Notes under the pieces: model-generated
The model's database searches: none
Seen by the model: the letters and a program-made list of their open reading frames with translations, nothing else
Told to the model about the DNA's origin: nothing
Position numbers and translations under genes: made by a program
Source of the DNA: the human T2T-CHM13v2.0 reference genome, Homo sapiens
NCBI RefSeq assembly: GCF_009914755.1
Contig: NC_060934.1
DNA: 64,000 bases
Reading direction: 5' to 3' (one strand)
Part shown: positions 12,873-25,347 of the stretch, in pieces
Layout of the letters: the number at the start of each line of letters is the position of its first letter
How positions within the stretch are numbered: position 1 is the stretch's first letter

Positions 12873-15800
12873 TGCATGTGTGTGTGGGAGGGGGACAGAG
12901 AGAGAGACAGAGAGAGAGAGAAGAGGACCAGGGTGGGTGCGGAGAGCAAGCGCTCAAGAGTGCACAAGGGCTTGTGAGCATGAAACCATCCTAGAGATGA
13001 GATTGGTAACTGGCTTCTTCTAGGGCATTTATACTCCTACAGCTTTGCTGTTCCAGTCATCCTAGATCTACTTCTTTTTAGTCCAAGCCCATTAACATAG
13101 GAATAATATTGGAAACTTTGCCTTGGTAAAGTCTATGAATATGCCTCAGGTTAACTCAAATAATCAATAATTCAAAGAACCACTGACTTTTATCACATAG
13201 AAACAGATCTTATACCCTTTCCAGAATTCCTATTGGCTCTAAAGATGACTTTTCCTGGACAAGGCGCAAATAAGATAATTTAACGACTTTCCTCAAGCTT
13301 TAGGACAACTGAAAGAAAAGTGGTCAAAACAATTTTTCCAGTTTAAAAAGAATAAAAAATAGCTTTAATCTCATCACAAAAACAATACATATTTACTGCA
13401 GAAAATTAGAAAACACAGAAAACTACTTCAATTACACAAGCCAGAAGGCACTTCTCTTGATATTTAATACGTGTCAGTGATGACATCTGTGTTTGGTGCT
13501 TGTGCTTAAAATTGGCCACCTGTAATCAAAGAAGAATACTCATCTTTCACTTTTTTTCCCCCTGAACCTGAATTTGGCCTCAGAATCTTTCCCAACACAG
13601 TGCCAGTGGGATCCATAATACTTGATCAGAGTTGGCCTGTGAGTTTAAACCTATTTTCTATCTCTCGTGCCTTTCCAAAGCCTGTACTATAACATACACA
13701 GAAGCAGATACATATATTTTAATAAAATTAACTTATTTGACTGGCTTCAAAGCATGCACCTGCCTTATTAAAGTGATGCCATCTATCCTGTTTTCTATAA
13801 AAGGTACAACTCTTGAACACCAATCAAAGGATTTTCTCTGCAGCTTCAGGGAATGGTGAGATAAGAGTAGAAAGTTAAAAGGACTTATACAGACAATCAT
13901 AAAAACCAGTTCTAAAAACGAACTTTAATTTGAACTGTTTAAGTGCAAAATTTTCAAAACGAGACTTTTGTGGTGAAACTACTTAATACCCAACATTTCG
14001 TGTTAAGTCTGCATGCTTTCCAAATAAGGTGTCCCCCCGTCCTTCTAAATTACTGAGCATAAAAGCTGTAATGTTATATGTTCCCGAGGGGCAGAGAGTA
14101 ATTCAGACATGAAGTAATTTTAACAGAAATCATTCCTCTTTTCTTGGCAAGAGAAGAATTTCAGTAGGAATTTTTCAAAATTACAAAATATCCTTCCCTG
14201 GGGGATGCATGCCGCCACTTAGCAGATTTCTCATTTCATTTAACACAAATATTTTGATCCTCAAGGGGAAATCGGCTCAGTTACAGTTTCTGCGTTACTG
14301 TCTCCCAAAGATAAACGAGGTGCTTTTCTCCAAAATGGACACAGGAGAGGTAAAGTGGGAGGAAAATAATATAAATCCCAGGAAGAAATTTCTAAAAACG
14401 ATTGACCAAAACCCTTAAGAATGGAAACAATCTTCAATTTCTATTTCATTTTCATCTCAGAATGCTTTCAAACAGGAGAGATACTAATTTTTTTCCCCCT
14501 GGGAAAATTAGCCTGAAAATCTGCCTGGAGGAAAAAAAAAGAAGAAGGTGATCTTGGAAGGCAACGGGGCTTCTCTTTCCTTCCCAATTCAGGTTATCAC
14601 AGTGGCCTTCTGGAGGGATGGGCAGAGAAGACTTCAGGCCTGCATCTGGACTTAGCTGAAAAGCGCTCTCTGATAGAGAAGCCATGTCCACTGAAGAGTT
14701 GTGGGCGAGGATGCCTTCCATTTGCTGACCTTGAACTGGGTGCCATCTTTAGCATTGAGTGCTAGCACACCTGTGAAGAAGATGCAATTTGTCATCCGTG
14801 CCTGTTGCCAATGTCCTCTGCTCTCAAGATCTTCTGAAACTGTATTTAAACCTGCCCTTCTCAAGCAGCATTAAAAATGATAGCTTGTCTTATTGGTAAT
14901 TTTATTGGGATTCCACTTTGCCAAATGACAGGCAGACTAATCTCCCATTTGGGATGGTGAGGTGTAAGTGGGTTACACTCCATTCTCTAGTGGCCCTGTA
15001 AAAAACGCTGGGCTTGAAGTAAATAACTCAGTGGTGATAAGCACCAGGAGTTGGTAGGGAAAATAGGTATTTCTGTGTTCATCAAAGTGGGCATCTTTCT
15101 ACTCTGTCGCTCTGAGAGATTGACATTGCTTTTAAGGTCAACTTTAGCACCATGTTTTCGTAATAAACTCATTTCTTTCTTAGAAGGTAATGGTTTTAAG
15201 GCTTTCAGTGGAGGAGGCACTAAATGAGCTTTCAGCTAAACTTTGTTGTCTTCGAATAAATTCAGGTTCAAAGCCCCTTACATGCTAACCTTAAGCATCA
15301 GGTTTCAGGTCTCGGCATTTGAATAAAAAACTCTAAACCTTAAAAACATGAAGCCACAGTCCATGTATATCTTTTCATCATTTTACCCCAGTAATGATCA
15401 CAGTGGCTGGGTACATAGAGATCAATAAATATTTTTGCCCCAGCAGTCTAGAAGGGTTAGCAACACAAAGGGAAATTGCTTAAGAAGACTAATCAGAGCT
15501 CTGCTTCAGTCATGCAACATGTCTACCATGGATTCATGACCGTTACAAAAATTCAGGGTCAGAAACGATTCTAACATACTAGCAGTCCGATGTCACAGTG
15601 ATCTTTATTTCCTAATGGAATATTAGAAGTTTCATTGCTTGACAGATTGGCATCAGTGTCCAAGGTAATTGCCAGATGTTTTGATAGTAGGCTGTAAGCC
15701 CTTCTGGAGGAGAAGAAAAGCAGCTCCTGAAACCACAGGCAGCCATTTGAAAAAAATACAATTACTCTTTAGAGTTTTTAATGACCATTTAAGTTCTAAG

Positions 15801-15918
15801 AATTTTTAAAGTGATATGTAAAAACACCATAATGTCACAACTTTAAATTAGATTTCAAATGAGCTCGTTTGAAGGAAGCAGACTTTATTAGGCCAATAAC
15901 CTCTTTACTCTTCTCTGT

Positions 15919-16320
15919 TGTTAAAGTGATCTAAATATGGCCTGAGAGGGACTCTGTACTTCTACATTGGAGTCCATGTGGACAAACTGCAACCCAGCTT
16001 AATAGCTAGACAACAATGAAAACCTAACTTAGGATTATGTGCCTGTAACAGAATCTTGACCAATCCCAGTACTGCTGAGTGTTCAGACTGTGTAAAAATA
16101 ATGTAAATGCCAACTTGTAACTAATCCAGCCGTTCTGTACCTCACTTCCAATTTCTGTACCTCATTTCCCTTACTTTGTCTATAAACCTTCTTCCACCAC
16201 GTGGCTATGCTGGAGTCCCTGTGAATCTGCTGTGACTCTGGAAGCTGCCCAATTCATGAATCATTCATTGCTCAATTAAACTTCTTTAAATTTAATTCAG
16301 TTGAAGTTTTTCTTTTATCA
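15919..16320 (+). mobile_element. MER57-family ERV1 solo LTR
   Basis: TG...CA termini, perfect 4-bp TSD ctgt (15915-15918 and 16321-16324), TATAAA and ATTAAA signals. Body matches the recalled MER57A/B consensus. Confidence 0.9.
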
Positions 16321-16574
16321 CTGTCTTCTATGTTGACTATTGACAATTTTAGGCCTAGCAGAAGTCTCTCCTAAGTCAAGTACATAATTTAAGCCCTGTG
16401 CTCATGAGGCCAGGAAGAGGGTTAAATTTCCTGTGGCCCGTTTCAAGAACAAAGGCTCACCTAATTCTTTTCATTTTTGCAAATGTGTGCTACACAACTT
16501 GTCCCCTGAAATGTGGGACAAGAGAATATGACTACATGAGTATAAACCCATCTCTACTACTAGTGAATTAATAT

Positions 16575-16835
16575 TAATAATAGTAGTTATTAATATTAAG
16601 AGCAAATATATTTTGAGTGTTTACTATGGACCAAACTCTGTGCTAAGCATTTAACATAAAATCTTCATAACAAACTTGTAAGGTAATATAAACAATCCCC
16701 TTTTATAGAAGAGTAAGATAAGGCTCATAGAGGTTAAGTGACTTTCCCAGGATCACATTACTATTAAATACAAAAAGTGTCAGATTTGAAGCCAGGTTTA
16801 TCTAACTCCAAGGCCACCCTCATTCTGTTATGCCA
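16575..16835 (-). mobile_element. MIR SINE
   Basis: aggctcatagaggttaagtgactttcccaggatcaca core. Confidence 0.85.
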
Positions 16836-17844
16836 GTCTGTCTCCCATACTACTATTTGTGAAGTAATTTATGATTGATAAAATACTTTTAAAATTTATT
16901 ATGTTTCATTGAGTGAGGATTACTCAACAGGCGCATGATCTTTGTGGATTCCCTTATGGGTAGGGAAGGGAGGTTAAAAGCAGTTAAGTTCATACAGATT
17001 TGTGCAGCTGGGAAAAGCTGCATGAGGTGGGCCCAGTATCAAGGTACTCTCACTCTTCATCCTGTGCCGTTTTCATTACATCAAAGACATCCAAGATTTC
17101 AGGGCCAGTGAATGTCCATAGCTTGCTACCAATGTACTTTTCCTTGGAGGTGCAACTTGAACTGAGAATCAGAAGACACAGCCAAACTTAGCAAGTGTTT
17201 ATCAGACATACTGCATTAGGCATTTCATCCACATTCCTCAACTTCTGGGAGTTTACACAATGCAATACCCAAGCATACTTATAAAAGTTAGCTCTTGGAA
17301 AATAGTACACAATTCATATATGTGAACCCAAATATTAGATAAATGAGTAAACATACGCATAATTACAAAAATTACTAAGCGCAAAAAGGATTCAAACTAA
17401 TTTCCGCACAATTACTTAGTTTAAATGATGGATCCCATTTCAACTTTTGCCAGTTCTAAGATAAGTAAACTGCTATTTATACTTAGCGTGAGAGAAAGAC
17501 CTCAAAGACTATACTATAGGTGAGTTAGAAGTAAGCTGAAAGATATTGGGTGGGCCTGAGAAAAACTATTGGTTTATATTTCTATGACCTTTTGCTAAAG
17601 TGAGTTATTCAAAGATGGGGACTATGTGTTATTTTTAACTTCTTACCCTGCTTCCTCCAATTCCCAACAGTGTCTAGAAACAGCGTTCTAACCAACAGTG
17701 ATGAATGGGCTTGGGCGTTTGTTTACCCCTGATATTGAAAGTAGAATAAATGGGATATATGGATTTTTCTGGAGAGTATGTTCATAGATCTTGTTGGATC
17801 CTTGGAATGTATGACTCTGAATAATAATAATAAAAAAAGCCTAA

Positions 17845-18325
<481 letters not shown>

Positions 18326-19227
18326 CATAGTATTGTCAGTTATTTGAATGAAGAAGGAAAAGAAAAGTTGGAAAATCATGTGTATGTTTCTTGGGGGTGG
18401 TGTAAGTGGAGAAGGAGAAAACAAACAGAAGAAAATATTTGCTTATCCTCAAATTTATTGGTTTTAATCTTTTGCTTTCTGCGAATAGCTTTTGGTCTAT
18501 TTTGCCAATGCTTTTCTTATGAAGTACCGCAAATATTTTCTATAAGTAGATGGAGGTGTGGTATAGTGTTTGTTTTGGATTATTAACTGTTGTTTTAGTG
18601 GCAATCAAGAGAAACAGATTTTTACTAGTTAAACAAAAAATGAGAGTATTGAAATGATTAGGGATTCTTACACAACTGGAGAAAAAGCGGAAGATCCAGG
18701 CCTCTGGGAAGGCCAGAACATGGAATGACCTAGCAAGCCCCTCAAGACGTCCACTCCCTGTGTTCCTCTATCAAGGTTCAAAATCTGAGAGGCCAAAACT
18801 GGTTCAGGTGTCTTCCAGCTATGTCCAAAGGATGTGTATAGCCAGTGGGAGTCCACCTTTGTGTATAGGGAACAACTCCAGGAAAAACGTTTCAGAAACT
18901 TGCAATCATGGCAATTGATGTCTACTCTATTCATCAATGAATTCTGGTTTAACTTAGTCTTAGACCAACTTTCAAGATATAAAGATGCAGAGGAGATAGA
19001 AAAGTCATGGCTTCAGAGAGGAAGTCCACTAGAGGATTACATGTATGGGTTATGGGTTGGGTCGGTTGTGGTTCACATAGAAACATGGTTATCAAAGGAC
19101 AGTGATTTTATGATACTTACCCTCAAACAACTGGTAAAGGATCCACAGTATGAACCATGTAACTGGTTAAAGCAGGGCTTACATGGTGGCTGGCAGGCCA
19201 CAGAAATGGAGAGGGCTGGGGCCTAAG

Positions 19228-19335
19228 CAGGGTGTCTCAACTTCAGCACTGTTGATATTTGAGGTCAGGATAATTCTTGGCTGTGTATGTGTGTATGTGT
19301 ATATATGTGTATGTTTTTTGGGGGGTGGTCCTCGC
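19228..19335. mobile_element. MER20 hAT MITE fragment
   Basis: cagggtgtctcaacttcagcactgttgatatttgaggtcaggataattctt matches the MER20 terminus. Confidence 0.7.
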
Positions 19336-21021
19336 CATTCTGGCAGCACCCATTCCCATCTTGCTTATATAAAGAAAACTAAAGAAGGGAAAAGGAAGTT
19401 GCCCTTTGGAGAAAACTGAACCCTTCTCCCCTCCACAGGATGGAATTTACTATGCGCTAACTTCCCTACAGTCAGAAATGTCTAAGAAATTTATCCCAGT
19501 AAGTAAGGGATGGGTGATGCTGCCTCATTTGAAAGTTGTGTGTGATGTTGTAGGGGTGCGGAGAAGGGTGCAGGGGAGATTGGACTTGAGAGATGGAGAA
19601 CGCAGGAAGAGGTGCAGGGAGCACCTGCAACAATCAGTATGGCAACAAGACCTGGGGGCCGGTGAGAGTAGCTGGGGTTTAAGTCGGCAGAACAGAGGAG
19701 TAGGTGGCTGAGGGGTTGACATGCACACCTGCTGAGGGCTGAGCCACATTCAGGGCCACAGAGTAGAGGAGGAGGCCAGTTTGCCTCAGGGGTCTTCTGA
19801 AAAAAATAACACATGTGCCCATGAGAAAGAGCCAGTGTTTGGAAGCTGGGTGCCCCAAAACTAAATGGTGTTCAATTGAACACATGACAGAAAGGAGCCA
19901 GAGATCTCATTACCATGGACACATGGGTGGTCCAATGATGTTAACCAGGGTTTGTCGCCACAGTGGAACCAAATAAAACTGGCTTGATGTAAAGTAACGG
20001 GGCACCTGGTCTAAGGATCCTTAAATTCTCTCAACTAGAATCAGGATTGGTCTCTGAGCCTGAAGCTAGGCTGAGCCTGAAGTGAATGGGGATTGGAGGT
20101 CTGCAGGGCAGAAGGGTGGACAGGTCATTATCTCCAGTTCAGTGTCATAGATGTTCTATGCTTGCATTGCCTGATTGCTGGACTCGCACCGAAGTCCTGG
20201 CTTCTACAAGAAAAAGGATCTCACCTTGCATTCTATCAATAGCACCAAAGGGAGTCTTCATTTCCGAAGGTAATTGCCGCAAACGTGTTACACAATATCA
20301 TTCATTACTTGCTAGGATTGAGTGCTGAAAGTACATTTCACAAGATAATGATGTTGTTTCCCAGGACTGAAATAACCGGTTATCTGACTCCTAGGTTCAT
20401 CCCACATTAGGTGTATTACACACACACCTGTCAAAATAAATAATTTACTTGGGATGTGTCAGAACTCACAACAAGCTGATGAGAAATGTGTAGGGTTGTA
20501 GAAAGCAAATCAGAGAGGCTGAGTGAGTGAGGGGAAAATGATGGTCCGTGTCAGCAAAAGGATAGCCCAGCAAGAGAGATGAAAGCATGGTGAGATTTTA
20601 AAATGCCCACATTCCCATTCTTGCAGGTTTCAGTGAACAGAGCCACATGTGGTCACACCAAAAATATTGGCTTGAAATGAATTCCTGGCTGCGGTGGTGT
20701 CTCATGAAGCCAGCTCTGCAATTTACAAAGGTGACAGCCAAAGCCATACAACTAAAATGGGAGTTTTCAATCAGGTAGACTGAGACTAGTGAGGGGGTAA
20801 TCTTATACTAGTTGTAGAAATACATTTTTATCAGGCAACAGGTGTCATTAAAAAAAGAGAAATTGAATAACCTGCTCCAGACAGGAAGAGTTGCAGGCAT
20901 GGGTTTTCAACCTTACTTATTAAATGGAAAACTATTTTAAAAGAAGTTTTAGGAAATATTCAGAGTAGCTTCCAAGGAGAAATGATGAGCTTAGAGAGGC
21001 ATGAGACAACCTAGTAGCAAC

Positions 21022-21142
21022 AATAATAATAATAATAGTGATACTAATAAATAATAGTAATAATAAAGGAGGAGGAGAAAGTGGAGGAGAAGAAGAAGAA
21101 CAGGAAGAGGAAGAGGGAGTGAGAGAGAGGGAGGGAGAAGAA
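21022..21142. repeat. (AAT)n plus GA-rich low complexity
   Basis: Directly visible. Confidence 0.9.
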
Positions 21143-21529
21143 ATAAATCTTGCTGATCCAACTAAATAAAGGAAAAAGTGAAACATGACATATACAAGGT
21201 CTAGACAAACAAGCGAGTCACAATTAGAAAAGGTAGTCAGAATGGGAAGATGAGCTTTAGTAACCATTGCAGGGTTAAAAATGTTTCAATGGCAGCAGTC
21301 ATGTCTTGTGTGGCAACCCTGTTGAGCAATACCATGTAATAAAACAACTTGAGTGGCACCAGCAGTTTGCAGCCATGTCTGTTGTGTACCTAAAGAGCTC
21401 AGATTAAATGCAGCAGTATTCCAGCCAAATGGACACGTGGAGGGCCCAGTCCTGCCGCCTCGGGGCTAGCAAAGTCTGAGAACTAACTGAGCATAGGCAG
21501 TTGGCCCAGGCATCTGACGCTCTGGGTGT

Positions 21530-21557
21530 CCCCCGATGCTCCCCCACCCCCACCCCC
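21530..21557 (-). other. G-quadruplex-forming motif G5-T-G5-T-G5-AGCATC-G5
   Basis: Four C5 tracts on + at 21530-34, 21541-45, 21547-51 and 21553-57. Confidence 0.7.
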
Positions 21558-21789
21558 GCAATCCTGCTGCTTTTTCCTTCTCAGCACAACCATAGTTCAT
21601 GAAATTTTGTGATCCAGCCATCAGAGCCTTCACTTTGCCAAAGACAGAGGAAAAATTAGTAGAGACAGGAAATTCCTGGAAGAGAAAGCTGTTGTGAGAG
21701 CTAATAAACCCATATTAGGGTTTGTTTTTTAACCTCCAATAACATGACTGTTATGAGCATTACTGTCAATAATAAAATGAATAAAAGAG

Positions 21790-22250
21790 ATTGAATCACA
21801 GCAGTGAGGAAAGAATCATAGACTGTGAGGGCAGAGAAACACAGATTCAAACCCTGCCTATTGAGGGAAAATTGTCTACTCTCTCTAAGCCTGTGTTCTG
21901 TTGAAGAACACTATTATTTTGTAAACTTACAAAGATTAAATTAGTATTAATTAGACGTGCCTTTACTGAGTGCTTTCTACCTGTTAGGGCTTATGTGAAA
22001 GTATCTGCAGCATCTCAGTTAAACCTCACCATTATGAGATAAGAACGATAATTTTCCCCATTTTACAATTGGAGAGGCTAAGAAAGACAGAATAACCTGC
22101 ATGAGGTTATAGAAGTACTAAGTGGTGGAACGGGCATTTGAAGTAGTTCTGTTTAGCTTCAGAACCTGTGCCCTTAACCTCCACATAAAAATGCCCAGTG
22201 TAGCCCCTGACACATGGTGAACACTTAATAAATGGCAGCTCCTATTAGTA
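21790..22250. mobile_element. Nested MIR elements (a minus-strand MIR at ~21960-22185 inside a plus-strand MIR)
   Basis: MIR 5' half, then a reverse MIR core (ccattttacaattggagaggctaag), then a MIR 3' tail (cacatggtgaacacttaataaatggcagct). Confidence 0.6.
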
Positions 22251-23384
22251 CCACAGTTGCCTTAAATTCTGGAACAAGAAGGCACGTAAATAAAATAAAA
22301 GAACGATTATTGCTGGTGGTGTTTTTTCCATCATAGGAGGTATAAAATGCCCTGCTGGTTCTCACAGACATTTTGCCTGGAAAATTGTGAAGACTTTGCC
22401 TTCACAGGGAAATGAATTAAGTGAACAAAATCAAATGGCAGAAAAACTTCTCTTTTCTAAAAGGGCTTAGAGAAATGTGCCACTAAAACATGAGGCCCCT
22501 TGAAGAGGTTGATGTTTCTGCTACAGTCTTAGATGACTTGGAAGTAGAGGCTCTCTTGCAACGGGTAGATTAGATTTTTCCAAGAATGCTCTTTAACAGA
22601 CTCAATAATGTTAATTGTGAAAGTCCAAACAACATCAAATTTAATCTCAAATTAAAAGCTTTTATTTACTGGAAAATCTGGGGTAGACAAAATTTAAGAA
22701 AGAGCTTCGAGTTGCCTGTGGCAGTTGACATTTCCTTGGGACTGGGTTTGCTTAGATATTTTATTTCCTTCTGCAGTTGTACTTTTTGATATAAGAAACT
22801 ATAAACACATTAAAGGAGACAATTTATAAGGAAATAGCTCCTATTAAAGAATTTTACACTTAATTTCTTAATTAGGTAAGAATTACTGAGTTCTGGCCAA
22901 GAGAAAAAATAAAAAATAAAATCAGTGAGAAAATAGGCCAGGTGATTAGCAACCTATTTTTAGGACTTGACAGGCCAGTTTTATTTCTAAGAAGAAAAAG
23001 GGCTTAATCTATTTGTAGAACTTGATCATAGCCCAAAGCCATTTGTCACTGCAAGTTAAAAACCTCTCTGCTAACTTACTACTTTAAGCAGCCTATACTA
23101 ATCCCTCTGGAAACCCAATCTTTTTACCTTATCACCAGATGGCACCAAACATCTTTAAGGAGGAGAAGAGAGGTGAATGGGAATGTTTACTTTTTGATTT
23201 TTTTAATCTAAAAAATGAATCCATTTAAAATGTTAAATGCTGAAAGAATGCAATGTACAGGGCAAGTGAATCAATCTTCCATGATCAGCAGTCTCATAGC
23301 ATTTGTTGTCTTTGACCAAGATCATTTTCATATTTTCTAAGAGATTTAATTTGATAATATCAGGAAGAGTCATTTTTTAAAATG

Positions 23385-23515
23385 TAGAAAAATATACATT
23401 ACATAAAAGTTACCACTTTAACCATTTTAAGTATACAAATCTGACATTAAGTACACTCACAATGTTGTGCAATCATCACCATTATCTATTTCCAGAACTT
23501 TTTCATCATTGCAAA
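23385..23515 (-). mobile_element. L1MB-type 3' end fragment
   Basis: accattttaaccattttaagtatac...gttgtgcaatcatcacc. Confidence 0.75.
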
Positions 23516-23622
23516 GTATTAAACAGTTTTTAAAATAATTATAGATTTCCAGAAAGTTACAATGATAATATAGTGAGGTCCTGATAACACCTCACCCAGT
23601 TTCTTCCAGTGGTTATAGTTTA

Positions 23623-24005
23623 TATCTTAGTCCGTTCAGGCTGATATAACAAACTACCATAAACTGAGTAGATTATAAACAACAGATGTTTATTTCTCAT
23701 GGTTCTAGAGACTGGGAAGTCCAAAATCAAAGTGCCAGAAGATTTGTTGTCTGATGAAGGCCTGCTTCCTGGATTGTCAACAACTGTCTTCTCCCTGTAA
23801 ACTTACATGGAAGAAGTGCAAAGGAGCTCTCTGGGGTTTTTTGTTTTGTATTTTTTAAAAAAATAAAGGCACTAATCTTATTCATGAGAGACCCACTGTC
23901 AGAACTAATCACCCCCCAAAGGCCCCACCTCTTCATACCATCACATTGAGGAATTAAGTTTCAGCATATGAACTTGGGAGGGACATGAACATTTCATCTA
24001 TATCA
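23623..24005 (-). mobile_element. MaLR solo LTR (MLT1A/MSTD-type)
   Basis: tcttagtccgttcaggctg...actgggaagtccaaaatcaaagtgccag...aaggccccacctc. Degenerate 5-bp TSD gttta/tctta. Confidence 0.88.
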
Positions 24006-25218
24006 TCTTATGTAACTATAGTTCAATACCAAAAGCAGGAAACTGACATTGGTAAAATGTGTGCATGTAGTTCTGAGATAGTTTATCATATGTATAATTT
24101 ATGTAACAACCACTGCTATCAAGATACAGACAAGTTTGAATGAAGGGTACAAACCTCACCTCTATTAAAGTCCTTTAATGAAAGTCCTCATAAACCTCTA
24201 TTTATAATATAGTTACCTTATATATTTACTCTATATATGTTGAGAATCACACCACACTTATATCTTTTGCTTTAACCATCAATTATAATCTAAAAGTCAA
24301 GAAGAGAATAATGTACGTTATTTACCCATATTTCTGTTCTTCCTGTTATTTCTTTTTGATGTTCCAAGATTCTTTCTTTAATCACTTCCTTTCTGTTTCA
24401 GGGACTTCCTTTAGGAATGGTCTACTGGTGACAAATTCTCTTAGTGTTTCTTCATCTGAGAGGGTCTTTATTTCCCCTTCATTCCTGAAAAATAATTTTG
24501 CTGAATATAGAATTTAGCATTGACAGTTCTTTTGTTCCATCACTTGAAAAATGTATCATTTCTTTCTGTCCTTTCTGTTAAATTAGTTTCTGGTGAGAAA
24601 TTCATTGTATTTAAATTGTTTTAATCCTATAGATAAGGTGGCTTTTCCCTCCTGCTGATTTCAAGATCTTTTTCCTTTATTTTTCTGATGTTTGAGTATA
24701 ATGTGTCTTCGTATGGATGTTTGGGTTTAACCTGTTTGAGATTTACTTGGCTTTTCATTTATTGTTTATTACTTTTGCCAAATTTTGGTCTACTTTTTTT
24801 TTTTTTAATCACCACCCTCTTTCTCCTCTCCTGGTATTCCAATGACATGAATGTTAGCTCTTTTGTTATAATCCCACAGGTCCCTCAGAATTTGTTCAGT
24901 TTTTTTGTTAGTTTATGTTGGCTCTGTTATTCAGACTTGGTCATTTCTGTTGCTCTATATTCAGTATAACTGATTTTTTTCCTCTGTCTGCACCATTACG
25001 CTATTTAGCCGATCCATTGAGTTTTTAATTTTGATTATTGGATTTTTCAGTTCTAACATGTCCATTTGGCTCTTCTTTATGTCTTCTATTTTTTTATTTT
25101 GCTGAAACGTTCTACTTTTATTTTTTTCAGTGTAATTGCAATTGCTTATAGAATCATTTTTTGTGACAGTTGCTATAAAATGTTTGTTGGATAATTTTTA
25201 CATCTGTGTTATCTTGGT

Positions 25219-25347
25219 GTTTATATCTTAGTCCGTTCAGGCTGATATAACAAACTACCATAAACTGAGTAGATTATAAACAACAGATGTTTATTTCTCA
25301 TGGTTCTAGAGACTGGGAAGTCCAAAATCAAAGTGCCAGAAGATTTG
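25219..25347 (+). repeat. Perfect 129-bp direct duplicate of 23618-23746
   Basis: Base-by-base identity at an offset of 1601 bp. Confidence 0.97.

Noticed and set aside
14452-14864. Two minus-strand ORFs in unique DNA
   Set aside because: No recognisable domain or supported splice structure, and length is within chance expectation.
18580-19965. Possible old LTR remnants (also 2870-3290 and 45420-45760)
   Set aside because: LTR-like, but I cannot assign family or boundaries without a Dfam search.
25219-25347. Independent second MaLR LTR insertion
   Set aside because: 100% identity, inclusion of donor flank bases and absence of a TSD indicate local copying.
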